Below are positions 12,000-22,036 of a stretch of DNA of 64,000 nt, in pieces. Numbering within the stretch: position 1 is the first letter of the stretch; each line of letters starts with the position of its first letter. Source of the DNA: Halarcobacter sp. Its GTDB lineage: Bacteria; Campylobacterota; Campylobacteria; Campylobacterales; Arcobacteraceae. Position numbers and translations under genes: made by a program. The stretch is taken from assembly GCA_963676565.1 (NCBI GenBank), contig OY781089.1, positions 1,664,001 to 1,728,000 on the forward strand, read 5' to 3'. Below the pieces are notes generated by a model. The model had not been told where the DNA came from and did no database searches. It worked only from the letters and a program-made list of their open reading frames with translations.

Positions 12000-12078
12000 G
12001 AACAATATAGTACAAAATATTGGAATAAAAGTCAATATATTTATAAAATTTGTACTAAATATTGGAACAAATATGTAC
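12000..12078. promoter_or_regulatory. Divergent promoter region with repeated GTAC-N9-GAA(C/T) operator-like sites
   Basis: GTACAAAATATTGGAAT (12010-26) and GTACTAAATATTGGAAC (12052-68); minus-strand TTGACT-17-TACTAT at 12035-12007. Confidence 0.5.
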
Positions 12079-12105
12079 AAAAGAAGTTTTTTTGTAAAAT
12101 TCAAT

Positions 12106-12774
12106 ATGACAAAAACAGTTAAAAATAAAATTTTACACCAGCTAAATTTTCTAAAGACTATTGGTTATAACTATCATGAAACAGTTACAATCTCAAATTT
12201 TGATGTAAATGGAAACAGCCTACCTAATAATTTAAATGAGCTAAATCTAATTATGGAAAACTGTTATTTATGTGAACTGTCGAAATCAAGAAGAAATGTT
12301 TTATGTGGGCAAGGAAATCCTAATGCCCAAATAATGTTTGTTGCAGATGAGCCAACTGCTAGTGAAGATGAATTAAAAAGTTTTTTTGTGGGTAAAACAG
12401 GTGAAACCTTAGCCAAAATGATTGAAAATGTATTACTATTAAAAAAAGAGGATGTATTTATAACTACTTTAACAAAATGCAAAAGTTTAGATACTATAAC
12501 TCCTGCATGTTTTAATAGTTGTAGTTCATATTTATATAAACAAATTGATATTATTAAACCTAAATTAATTGTTCTTTTAGGTGAAAAAACATATCAATAT
12601 TTATGTAATGACTCAAGTAGTTCATTTTTGAAAGTTAGAGGTCAATTGACAAAATTCAATGAGTATGATGTTTTACCAACCCATAGTATCTCATATCTTT
12701 TAAGGAACCCTTCTTCAAAAAAAGAAGCCTTTCATGATATGCTTAAAATTAAATCTATTTTGGAGTTAAATTGA
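12106..12774 (+). CDS. Uracil-DNA glycosylase family 4-like protein (Fe-S)
   Basis: CYLCELSKSR, GQGNPNAQIMFV, KC, QIDIIKPKLIVLLG, THSISYLLRNP; start moved to ATG 12106. Confidence 0.85.
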   Translation: MTKTVKNKILHQLNFLKTIGYNYHETVTISNFDVNGNSLPNNLNELNLIMENCYLCELSKSRRNVLCGQGNPNAQIMFVADEPTASEDELKSFFVGKTGETLAKMIENVLLLKKEDVFITTLTKCKSLDTITPACFNSCSSYLYKQIDIIKPKLIVLLGEKTYQYLCNDSSSSFLKVRGQLTKFNEYDVLPTHSISYLLRNPSSKKEAFHDMLKIKSILELN

Positions 12775-13967
12775 AAAATATAATATTAATATTGCTTGCA
12801 TTTTTTGTTCTTATAGGATGTGCCCCTAAAGAAGTTGTTATTGATAGAAAACAAGTTAAAACGGAAAAAGAAGAGCTTGTTTTAATTCAAAATGAGTCAA
12901 ATCCAGGTTCATTATTTTATCAAAGAAAAAAAGAAAAAGTTATTATTGAAGATGATAGTATAAATAAAATTGCTATTTTATATCCATCAAGAATAGTAGG
13001 AAAATATGCTAAAAGTACAATTAGTACAATCTCTGCTTTTTTGATTTACAATGATAAGCCCTTTGTAATTGAAACATTTGATACATATGATGAAAATCCA
13101 GAAAATATTTTAGAACAAGTTAATCTTTTAAAAGAGAATGGTTTCACAAAAGTTATTGCAATGTTTACCTCTAATGGTTTTAATACATTAAATTTAGATA
13201 GTGATAGCTCTTTTGCAAATTTTTATTTTCCTTTAATTAACAAATCAGAAGTTAAAACATATAAGTCAAACTTTATTTTTGGTGGAATTTCATATGATGA
13301 TCAATTACAAATATTAGAAACATTGTCAACTAATAGAAATACAATGTTTTATGTTAAATCATATCTTGGAAATAAATTAAAAGAATCATATGAACAAATA
13401 TTTTCAAACCCAGGGATAATTAAAGAGATAGAAAGAGCTAATAATAGATATAAATATATAATGGAAGATGAAAGAATTGTAGGAAATACAATTATTGTTA
13501 ATACTCCAATTGTAAAAACTTCAATTATTCTTTCTCAACTTACAGCCTTTGAAGTCAATCCCTTAAAAGTATTATCTACTCAATTAAATTATAATCCCCT
13601 TTTAATAAAACTAACTCAAGAAAGAGATAGAGAAAACTTTTTTGTTGTAAGTTCTATTGAAGAGGTTGATAGCTTTCTAGAAGAGTATACAAAACTTCTT
13701 GGGGGTGATGTGACATATAATTGGGTTGATTATTCATCTTTAGTTGGAGCAAACTATTTATTGTTTTCTCAATATGCACAAGATAAACAAGAAGAAAAAG
13801 CTAATAATTTCATAATCATGAAAGAAAAAGATGAGAATGGTAAAGAGTTAATAAAAGATAGAAATGAAGAGATTGTAAAAACAAAAATTATTGAGAACCA
13901 AGCAGATTATAAACCTACATTATATGGAACAACCCCATATGGCTTTTCTAAAATGGAACTTAATTAA
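12771..13967 (+). CDS. Putative lipoprotein, possibly periplasmic-binding-protein fold (TTG start)
   Basis: Signal peptide with lipobox LIGC; KIAILYP start of an alpha/beta domain; fold is inference. Confidence 0.6.
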   Translation: MKNIILILLAFFVLIGCAPKEVVIDRKQVKTEKEELVLIQNESNPGSLFYQRKKEKVIIEDDSINKIAILYPSRIVGKYAKSTISTISAFLIYNDKPFVIETFDTYDENPENILEQVNLLKENGFTKVIAMFTSNGFNTLNLDSDSSFANFYFPLINKSEVKTYKSNFIFGGISYDDQLQILETLSTNRNTMFYVKSYLGNKLKESYEQIFSNPGIIKEIERANNRYKYIMEDERIVGNTIIVNTPIVKTSIILSQLTAFEVNPLKVLSTQLNYNPLLIKLTQERDRENFFVVSSIEEVDSFLEEYTKLLGGDVTYNWVDYSSLVGANYLLFSQYAQDKQEEKANNFIIMKEKDENGKELIKDRNEEIVKTKIIENQADYKPTLYGTTPYGFSKMELN

Positions 13968-14024
13968 GTAAAATTTAGATATAATCGCGAATTATTAAAA
14001 AAAGATATATAGACGGAGTCAGAT

Positions 14025-15788
14025 TTGAGAACGCATTATTGTACAGAAGTAACAGAAAAAAACATTGACGAAATTGTAACAGTAGCTGGATGGGTAAACA
14101 GTAGAAGAGACCACGGTGGAATTATTTTTATTGACTTAAGAGATAGAGGTGGTTTAGTTCAACTAGTTTGTGACCCAGCAGATAATAAAGATGCATGGGA
14201 AGTAGCTGACAGTGTAAGAGATGAGTTTGTTTTAATTGCAACAGGTAAAGTAAGAGCTAGAGGTGAAGGTTTAGAAAATCCAAATCTTATCACTGGAAAA
14301 ATCGAAATTGTTGTTGAAAAGTTAGTTATTGAAAACAAATCAAAACCTATGCCTTTTGAATTAGGTGATGAAAAAGTTAATGAAGAGATTAGATTAAGAA
14401 ATAGATTTTTAGAATTAAGAACAAAAAGATCTCTTGATATTTTTAAATTAAGAAGTACAGCAAATATTGCAGTTAGAAATTGCCTAAATGATTTAGGATT
14501 TTTAGATGTTGAGACTCCAATTTTAACAAAATCAACTCCAGAAGGTGCTAGAGATTATCTTGTTCCAAGTAGAGTTCACCCAGGTGAATTTTATGCATTA
14601 CCACAATCTCCACAATTATTTAAACAATTATTGATGGTATCTGGGTTTGACAAATATTTCCAAATTGCTAAATGTTTTAGAGATGAAGACTTAAGAGCAG
14701 ATAGACAACCAGAATTTACTCAAATAGATGTTGAGATGAGTTTCTGTAATCAAGAGGATGTGATTAAAGTAGCTGAAAAATTAATTCATGATACATTTAC
14801 AGCTTGTGGTAAAGATGTTCCATCAACTTTCCCAAGAATTACATATAAAGACGCAATGGAAAAATATGGTTCTGACAAACCTGATATGAGATTTGATATG
14901 GCAATGGTTGATGTTATTGATATTTTTGCAAACTCAACTAATGAAATTTTTGCTTCAATTGCACAAGATAAGAAAAACAATAGAATCAAAGCCCTAAGAT
15001 GTCCAAATGGAGATAACCTATTCTCAAAAAGACAAATGAAAGGTTTTGAAGATTATGTTAGAAAATTTGGAGCTAAAGGTTTAGGTTACTTCCAAATGAA
15101 AGAGGACGGTTTAAAAGGTCCTTTAACTAAATTCTTCTCTGAAGAGGATTTAGAAGCAATCGTAAAAACAACAGAGTTAGAAGTTGGAGACGTTGTATTC
15201 TTTGGAGCAGGGGACAAAAAAACTGTTTGTGATTATATGGGAAGATTTAGACTTTACCTTGCAGAGCAAATGGATATTATTCCTGCAGATGCTTATGAAT
15301 TTATCTGGGTTGTTGATTTCCCAATGTTTGAAACAGAAGATGGAAAAACAAAAGCACTTCACCACCCATTTACAATGCCAAATTTAGAAAAATGTGATTT
15401 AAATAATGTTGAAGATTTAGAAGACATTGAATCTATTGCTTATGATATCGTATTAAATGGTACAGAATTAGGTGGTGGTTCAATTAGAATTCACAAAGAA
15501 GAGATTCAAGAAAAAGTATTCGAACTTATGGGAATCTCTCAAGAAGAAGCTAATGAGAAATTTGGATTCTTACTTGAAGCATTAAGATATGGTGCTCCAA
15601 GTCACGGAGGTTTTGCTTTAGGTTTTGATAGAATGATTATGTTACTAGCTGGAACTGATTCAATTAGAGATGTAATTGCATTCCCTAAAACTCAAAGAGC
15701 TCAATGTTTATTAACTCAAGCACCAAGTGAAGTTGATAATGATCAATTAAAAGAACTTGCCCTAAGAGTTAGAAAAACAGAAATCTAA
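14025..15788 (+). CDS. aspS: Aspartate-tRNA ligase (TTG start)
   Basis: [50 protein letters not shown]. Confidence 0.99.
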   Translation: MRTHYCTEVTEKNIDEIVTVAGWVNSRRDHGGIIFIDLRDRGGLVQLVCDPADNKDAWEVADSVRDEFVLIATGKVRARGEGLENPNLITGKIEIVVEKLVIENKSKPMPFELGDEKVNEEIRLRNRFLELRTKRSLDIFKLRSTANIAVRNCLNDLGFLDVETPILTKSTPEGARDYLVPSRVHPGEFYALPQSPQLFKQLLMVSGFDKYFQIAKCFRDEDLRADRQPEFTQIDVEMSFCNQEDVIKVAEKLIHDTFTACGKDVPSTFPRITYKDAMEKYGSDKPDMRFDMAMVDVIDIFANSTNEIFASIAQDKKNNRIKALRCPNGDNLFSKRQMKGFEDYVRKFGAKGLGYFQMKEDGLKGPLTKFFSEEDLEAIVKTTELEVGDVVFFGAGDKKTVCDYMGRFRLYLAEQMDIIPADAYEFIWVVDFPMFETEDGKTKALHHPFTMPNLEKCDLNNVEDLEDIESIAYDIVLNGTELGGGSIRIHKEEIQEKVFELMGISQEEANEKFGFLLEALRYGAPSHGGFALGFDRMIMLLAGTDSIRDVIAFPKTQRAQCLLTQAPSEVDNDQLKELALRVRKTEI

Positions 15789-15805
15789 TTAGAAAAAGAG
15801 GTAGT

Positions 15806-16603
15806 ATGAAAAAGACATTCTTAATACTACTTCTTTTCACAACATTTTTATTCTGCCGAGACACTGTCACAATTACTTATCCTGTACAGGAATATTTTAT
15901 AAAAAAAATAGCTAATGATGAAGTTTATATAAAAACAATCTTTTTAGAAGATAATGACTTATCAAAAATTGAAGATAAAACTTTTGATGATTTAGCTTTT
16001 AGCAAATATTATTTTACACAAAATTTGCCAGTTGAAAAAAAAATCATTGATATCTTAAAATCTAAGAATAAAGAGATAAAAGTTATTAATCTTGATAAAA
16101 ATATCTTAAAACTTAAAACTAAAAATGGTTTAAATAATCCTTATATTTGGATGGATCCAGTTCTTTGTAGAGAGTATGCAAAAAACATCTATGAAGAATT
16201 AGTAAATATGCAAGAATATAACAAAAAGTTTTTTAAAATTAACTACGAAAAATTTTTAGAAGAATTAGACGAAACATATTTATATTTAAAAGAAAGAATT
16301 GATAGGTCTGAAGTTTATGGATTTTTGGCATTTAATGAAAAACTTGATTACTTTGCTAAAAGATTTAGACTAGATGTATATCACAAAGAAAATAGAGTGA
16401 TTAATTTAAATGAAGTTTCAAGTTTTTTAGAATTTTCTCAAAAAGTGCATTTACGACATATCATTCTTGATGTTGGCAATAATTATAAAATTGCACAATC
16501 TTATGCAAACTATATAGATGGACAAATTATTGAAATTGATGTTTTTGAAAGAAATTGGAAAATATCTCTTTATGCTTTAGTTAGAAGATTGACTACTTTA
16601 TAA
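15806..16603 (+). CDS. ZnuA/TroA-family solute-binding-like protein with degenerate metal site
   Basis: Signal peptide; VTITYP, NPYIWMDP (cf. DPHxWLxP), NYEKFLEELDE, LDYFAKRF. Confidence 0.7.
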   Translation: MKKTFLILLLFTTFLFCRDTVTITYPVQEYFIKKIANDEVYIKTIFLEDNDLSKIEDKTFDDLAFSKYYFTQNLPVEKKIIDILKSKNKEIKVINLDKNILKLKTKNGLNNPYIWMDPVLCREYAKNIYEELVNMQEYNKKFFKINYEKFLEELDETYLYLKERIDRSEVYGFLAFNEKLDYFAKRFRLDVYHKENRVINLNEVSSFLEFSQKVHLRHIILDVGNNYKIAQSYANYIDGQIIEIDVFERNWKISLYALVRRLTTL

Positions 16604-16653
16604 AACCCCTTTTTTTGATCATAATAAAAAATTATTTATTTAAAAAGTAGATT

Positions 16654-16673
16654 TTTTATACAGTTGTATAAAA
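16654..16673. promoter_or_regulatory. Palindromic operator candidate upstream of the CheW-domain gene
   Basis: TTTTATACA-GT-TGTATAAAA, perfect 9-bp inverted repeat. Confidence 0.4.
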
Positions 16674-16725
16674 GCCTTTTTTTTGATATGTAGTATCATT
16701 ATACTATCAAAAATGAAGGAAATTT

Positions 16726-19302
16726 ATGTCAAAAAATCTAATCAATTATAAAGGTATAAATGTAAAAAAAGAGCTCTATCCCATAATAAAATATATTGAA
16801 GATGTTGAAAAATATAGAGAAGAGTTGGGAACTTTAAGTTCATCTTGGGATATCTATGCACTTTTAGGACAACTAGGAGATATAAATATTGATATTGGGA
16901 AAACAAAAGAAAACTTTTTAAATCTTACTTCAACTTTATTAAATCATTTAAGTGAAGAAACAATCAAAAAAGTAACTGCCGAAATGAACTTTAAAGCACA
17001 AGTTGCAATTGATATTGTTATAAGAAATCTTTTTGAAAGGACAGCTGATATTGGCTTTCTTGCAACAGATGATGATATTAGATATTTTATTAAAAATTAT
17101 GTTTCAAAATATAATGATGATAGCAAAGGTTTAAAAGATAAAATAAAGAATAGATTTCAAGAATATGTTGATAAGTATTCTGTTTATTTTGACATTGTTC
17201 TAGCAGATAGAAATGGAAGAATCTTATCAAGACTAGATGATAATACTCCTGGAGATTTTATAGATAAAAAATTTATTGATAAAGTTGTTAATACTAGTGA
17301 TGAGTATGTAGAAACTTATCAGTCCCATGATTTTTTACCAAAATTAAATAGGTCATTAGTATATTCTTATAAAGTTACAGAAAATAATGATCCCAACTCT
17401 ACAACAATGGGAGTTTTATGTTTATGTTTTAAATTTATTGATGAGATGAGAGGTGTATTTGATAATTTAATTGATTCTTCAAATAAAGAGTGTCTAGTTT
17501 TATTAGATGAAAATGGTTATGTTATAGCTTCAAGTGATAGAAATCATATTCCATGGGATGTAAAAGTACCTATTGTAAAAGATGAAACTTATAAAATTAT
17601 AACTTTTCAAGGTAGAGACTATATAGCAAAAAGTTGTGAAACTAAGGGATATCAAGGTTTTATGGGTTTAAATTGGTATGGTCATATAATGATTCCTTTA
17701 GAATATGCTTTTTTAAGTGATGTATTAAATGACGTAAATTATGATAAAAAAGTTATTGATTCAATGATGGAAAATGAAAACCATTTCTCAAAAGATTTAA
17801 AAGAGGTATTTAATAAAAGTAAAACTATTCAAGATAATCTAAGTCGTGTAATTTGGAATGGTAATATTGCTCAAAGTAAATTAAACTCTTCAAATAGAGG
17901 GTTTTCTAAATCCCTTTTAAATGAGATTGGAATTACAGGTACTAAAGCAAATTCCTCTTTAAATAATTTAAATAAAACTATTATAAGTTCAATTTTGAAA
18001 GATAGTGAATTTTTATCATCTTTGGCAATTGATATTATGGATAGAAACCTTTATGAAAGAGCAAATGATTGTAGATGGTGGGCTTTAACATCATCTTTTA
18101 GAGAGATGTTTGATGAGCCTTCTTCTTTAATTTATCATGAAAAGCAGATCTCTTCAATTTTAAAATATATCAATGATTTATATACAGTTTACACCAATTT
18201 AATGGTATTTGATAAAGATGGGAAGATTGTAGCTGTATCAAATGATGATGAAAAACATCTTGTAGGAAAAGTATTATCTCAAAATTGGGTTGGTGATACT
18301 TTTAAATTACAAGATACACAAGAGTATTGTGTTTCAAGATTTGAAAAAACAAATTTATACAATAATGAGTCAACCTATGTTTATTGCGCTGCAATTAGGT
18401 CATCTAAAGATGATTCAATTATAAATGGTGGGATTGCCATTGTATTTGATTCAAAACCACAATTCAAAGCTATGCTTGAAGATTGTTTGCCTACAAAAAA
18501 CGATGGAGTTTATGCTTTTTTTACAAATAGAGATAAAACAATTATCTCAACAACAAGTGAAAAATATGAAGTTGGTTCAAGACTTGAAATTGATGATAAA
18601 TTTTTCGAACTTAAAAATGGTGAAAAACTAAGTGAAATTATAGAAAGAAATGGTAAATACTATGCTATTGGAGTTAGATGCTCAAGTGGGTATAGAGAAT
18701 ATAAAAGTAGTAATGATAAATATAAAAATGATGTTTTATCTTTTGTTTTTATTTATATAGGTGAAAAGAAAGAGAAATTAATTTACAAAGAAAGCAGTAC
18801 AGAGAAGTTTTTAAATAAAAGTACAAATAAAAAGTTTGATGAAAACAGTGTAGAACTAGCAACATTTTATTTAGGAAATAAATTTTTGGCAGTTGAAGCA
18901 TCAAATGTAATTGAGTCTGTAGGAATTGAGCAGTTACAAGAATCAATAGAAATGGACAAGAAAAACCACTTTAAAGGGATGGTTTTACATAAAGAAAGAT
19001 TAATCTCCGTACTTGATATAAGAGATTTTTTAAATGAAGAGATAAAAGACAATGAAGTAGATAATATTATTCTTTTTGAATACGATAAAGATAATAAAGG
19101 ACATTGTGTTGGAATTTTAGTTTCTTCCCTTGAAAGTATTTCAGTTGTTCAAAGATCTTCAATACAAAATATTGAAAGTCATTTTTTAGGTTCAGGAACA
19201 CTAATTAAAAGTTTAGTTGATATAAATGATTTTGGAGAATCACAAGTTGCTATGTTACTTGATATTAAAAAGATTGATGAAAATTTAACTGAAAATTTAT
19301 AA
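16726..19302 (+). CDS. Soluble chemosensory protein: two tandem helical+Cache-like repeats and a C-terminal CheW domain
   Basis: Internal repeat RNLFERTAD / RNLYERAND 340 aa apart; C-terminal ELATFYLGNKFLAVEA..KGMVLHKERLISVLDI..VGILVSSL is CheW-like; no TM segment. Confidence 0.8.
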   Translation: MSKNLINYKGINVKKELYPIIKYIEDVEKYREELGTLSSSWDIYALLGQLGDINIDIGKTKENFLNLTSTLLNHLSEETIKKVTAEMNFKAQVAIDIVIRNLFERTADIGFLATDDDIRYFIKNYVSKYNDDSKGLKDKIKNRFQEYVDKYSVYFDIVLADRNGRILSRLDDNTPGDFIDKKFIDKVVNTSDEYVETYQSHDFLPKLNRSLVYSYKVTENNDPNSTTMGVLCLCFKFIDEMRGVFDNLIDSSNKECLVLLDENGYVIASSDRNHIPWDVKVPIVKDETYKIITFQGRDYIAKSCETKGYQGFMGLNWYGHIMIPLEYAFLSDVLNDVNYDKKVIDSMMENENHFSKDLKEVFNKSKTIQDNLSRVIWNGNIAQSKLNSSNRGFSKSLLNEIGITGTKANSSLNNLNKTIISSILKDSEFLSSLAIDIMDRNLYERANDCRWWALTSSFREMFDEPSSLIYHEKQISSILKYINDLYTVYTNLMVFDKDGKIVAVSNDDEKHLVGKVLSQNWVGDTFKLQDTQEYCVSRFEKTNLYNNESTYVYCAAIRSSKDDSIINGGIAIVFDSKPQFKAMLEDCLPTKNDGVYAFFTNRDKTIISTTSEKYEVGSRLEIDDKFFELKNGEKLSEIIERNGKYYAIGVRCSSGYREYKSSNDKYKNDVLSFVFIYIGEKKEKLIYKESSTEKFLNKSTNKKFDENSVELATFYLGNKFLAVEASNVIESVGIEQLQESIEMDKKNHFKGMVLHKERLISVLDIRDFLNEEIKDNEVDNIILFEYDKDNKGHCVGILVSSLESISVVQRSSIQNIESHFLGSGTLIKSLVDINDFGESQVAMLLDIKKIDENLTENL

Positions 19303-19384
19303 TTAGAATTAAAGTCTTAAATATATGTAGATTAACAAAGATTTTGGCACAATACGAAAAAATATATAAAGAGTCAAAATTTAA

Positions 19385-21133
19385 ATGAATAATATAAAAA
19401 CAAAATTCTTACCAACAACTAAAAAAGAGATGGATGCCTTAGGCTGGGATCAATGTGATGTTATCTTAGTAAGTGGTGATGCATATATAGATTCTCCCTT
19501 TATAGGAGTTGCAGTTGTTGGGAGAATTTTAGAACAACTTGGATTTAAAGTTGGAATTATTGGTCAACCTGACGTTAAATCAGATGATATTACTAGACTT
19601 GGTGAACCAAAACTTTATTGGGGAGTTAGTGGTGGAAGTATTGATTCAATGGTATCAAACTACACTGCAACTAAAAAGTTTAGAAATTCTGATGATTATA
19701 CTCCAGGTGGAAAAAATGATAAAAGACCCGATAGGGCAACATTAGTTTATACAAATCTAATTAGAAGATTCTATAAAAATACAGTTCCTGTTGTTTTAGG
19801 TGGAATTGAAGCAAGTCTAAGAAGAGTTACTCACTATGATTATTGGACAAATAAGTTAAGAAAACCAGTGCTTTTTGATTCAAAAGCTGATTACTTAATA
19901 TATGGTATGGGTGAAATGGCAATTAGAGAGTTCTCAATTGCTTTAAGAGATGGAACAGACCCAAGAAAAGTTAGAGGTGTATGTTATATCTCTAAGGAGC
20001 CAGTTGAAGATTATATTCAACTTCCATCACACCAAGAGTGTTTAGATGACAAAGAAAAATATATAGACCTTTTCGACCATTTTTATCAAAACAATGACCC
20101 TATAAATGCAAATGGACTTTGTCAAAAAGTTGATACTAGATATGCTATTCAAAATCCTCCATGTGATTACCTTGATGAAAAAGAGATGGATGAGATTGCA
20201 ATGTATCCATATCAAAGGGATTTACACCCTTACCACAAGCCAGAGGGAAAAGTAAAGTGCTTAGAAACAATTAAATTTTCTATTCAAACTCATCATGGTT
20301 GTTGGGGAGAATGTAATTTCTGTGCCATTGGAGTTCACCAAGGAAGAACGATACGTACTAGAAGTGAATCAAATATTATCCAAGAAGCAAAAGACTTTAC
20401 AAAAATGAAAGATTTTAAAGGAATCATTTCTGATGTAGGTGGACCAACAGCTAATATGTACGGATATGAGTGTGGTAAAAAACTTAAAAAGGGAACTTGT
20501 GATGATATAAGATGTGTTGACTTTGATAGACTTTGTAAGGTTATGAAAGTTGACCATAGTAGAAGTATTAAATTACTTCGAGATATTAGAGAAGTACCGG
20601 GTGTTAAAAAAGCTTTCGTTGCTTCTGGATTAAGATATGATTTTATTCCAGCAGATAAAAAACATGGCTATACATATTTAAAAGAGTTAGTTGAACACCA
20701 TATCTCTGGACAAATGAAAGTAGCCCCAGAACATACCTCTGATAGGGTTTTAAAACTTATGGGAAAACCTGGAAAACAACCATTAATTGAGTTTAAAAAG
20801 ATGTATGATAGATTAAATAAAGAAGCTGGTAAGAAACAATTTTTAACTTATTATCTAATTGCAGCACATCCAGGATGTGAAGAGAAAGATATGCATGAGT
20901 TAAAGCAGTTTACAACCCATGAATTAAAGATGAACCCTGAACAAGCTCAAGTTTTCACACCAACACCTGGAACATATTCAGCAGTTATGTATTACACTGA
21001 ACTTGATCCAGAAACAAGAAAACCAATTTTTGTGGAAAAAGATACAGTAAGAAAAGAAAAACAAAAAAATATTGTGATTGATAAAAAATACTATCAAAGA
21101 AGAAAAAGCACTGGCGCATCAATGCAAAGCTAA
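19385..21133 (+). CDS. YgiQ (UPF0313) family radical SAM protein
   Basis: FLPTTKKEM, GDAYIDSP, GGIEASLRR, CWGECNFC (CxxxCxxC), DVGGPTANMY. Confidence 0.93.
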   Translation: MNNIKTKFLPTTKKEMDALGWDQCDVILVSGDAYIDSPFIGVAVVGRILEQLGFKVGIIGQPDVKSDDITRLGEPKLYWGVSGGSIDSMVSNYTATKKFRNSDDYTPGGKNDKRPDRATLVYTNLIRRFYKNTVPVVLGGIEASLRRVTHYDYWTNKLRKPVLFDSKADYLIYGMGEMAIREFSIALRDGTDPRKVRGVCYISKEPVEDYIQLPSHQECLDDKEKYIDLFDHFYQNNDPINANGLCQKVDTRYAIQNPPCDYLDEKEMDEIAMYPYQRDLHPYHKPEGKVKCLETIKFSIQTHHGCWGECNFCAIGVHQGRTIRTRSESNIIQEAKDFTKMKDFKGIISDVGGPTANMYGYECGKKLKKGTCDDIRCVDFDRLCKVMKVDHSRSIKLLRDIREVPGVKKAFVASGLRYDFIPADKKHGYTYLKELVEHHISGQMKVAPEHTSDRVLKLMGKPGKQPLIEFKKMYDRLNKEAGKKQFLTYYLIAAHPGCEEKDMHELKQFTTHELKMNPEQAQVFTPTPGTYSAVMYYTELDPETRKPIFVEKDTVRKEKQKNIVIDKKYYQRRKSTGASMQS

Positions 21134-21143
21134 AGGAGTGGCT

Positions 21144-21551
21144 ATGAAATATATTTTATTATTAATCCTTTTATTAAATGGATTATTTGCATCATCTTCA
21201 AAATTTATTGAGAATATGAATTATGAAACTATTTATGAAAAAGCTTTAGAAAGGGCAATAAAAGAAAATAAGTCTATTATGATGATTGCCAGTACTAAAT
21301 CTTGTCCTTGGTGTAGAAAACTCGAAAGACAGACTCTAAAAAGAGAGAATATTAATAATATAATTCAAAAAAACTTTGTCCCTTTATCTGTTGACCAAGA
21401 TTTAAAAAATTATCCAAAAAAGTATGAAGTAAAAGTTGTGCCAACTGTATATTTTATAAATCCTAAGAATGAGAGTGTAATAAAAAAAGTTTTAGGATAT
21501 AAAAATAGAAAAGAGTTTTCTAAAATCCTAGATGAGGTAGTTTCAAAATGA
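21144..21551 (+). CDS. Exported thioredoxin-fold protein
   Basis: AAGGAG SD before ATG 21144; signal peptide; CPWC and VPT cis-Pro motif. Confidence 0.85.
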   Translation: MKYILLLILLLNGLFASSSKFIENMNYETIYEKALERAIKENKSIMMIASTKSCPWCRKLERQTLKRENINNIIQKNFVPLSVDQDLKNYPKKYEVKVVPTVYFINPKNESVIKKVLGYKNRKEFSKILDEVVSK

Positions 21552-21985
21552 AAAAGTTGATTATCCTATTTTTTACATTTGTTTATTCTTTTGCTCTAAC
21601 TCCATACTCTTTGGAGAATGTAAAAGAAGTAAATCTAAAGTTTTTAAATAAAAAAGAAAACATCTCAAAAAAGCTTGAAGAAAAGATTACTAAAAAAGTA
21701 AAAGAAGAACTTGAAAAACTAGGTATCAAAACTAAAACCCAAAATTATTCGAACTTTATAATTAAAGCAAAAGTGATAAAAATTGCCAATAAACAGTTTG
21801 TTCAAACTTCTATTATGATAGTTGAAGATATCAAGCCTATAAGAGATGAATCACTTCTTACAATAGCAATAACATATAAAAAAGATGATAGTTTTATTGC
21901 TGAAAATTTAGAAGTAGATATTTATGAATCTATAGTTGATTATTTGTTAGAAGATTTTATTGAACAATATAAAGCTGAAAATTAA
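21548..21985 (+). CDS. Hypothetical exported protein
   Basis: ATGA overlap with the previous gene; signal peptide ending SFA. Confidence 0.75.
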   Translation: MKKLIILFFTFVYSFALTPYSLENVKEVNLKFLNKKENISKKLEEKITKKVKEELEKLGIKTKTQNYSNFIIKAKVIKIANKQFVQTSIMIVEDIKPIRDESLLTIAITYKKDDSFIAENLEVDIYESIVDYLLEDFIEQYKAEN

Positions 21986-21987
21986 AT

Positions 21988-22029
21988 CATAAAAAAAGGG
22001 ACAACTTTATCGTTGTCCCTTTTTTTATG
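21988..22029. terminator. Bidirectional intrinsic terminator
   Basis: CATAAAAAAAGGGACAAC-TTTATC-GTTGTCCCTTTTTTTATG perfect stem between convergent genes. Confidence 0.9.
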
Positions 22030-22036
22030 TAAGAAG

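Noticed and set aside
11998..12105. N-terminal extension of the UDG ORF, and the 12015 start of the HTH ORF
   Set aside because: They cross the divergent promoter region; better starts at 12106 and 11985
21078..21143. Upstream starts given by the ORF track for several genes (21078, 22732, 31195, 45525, 49454, 54854)
   Set aside because: Downstream ATGs have SD sequences and/or match the family N-terminus or signal peptide
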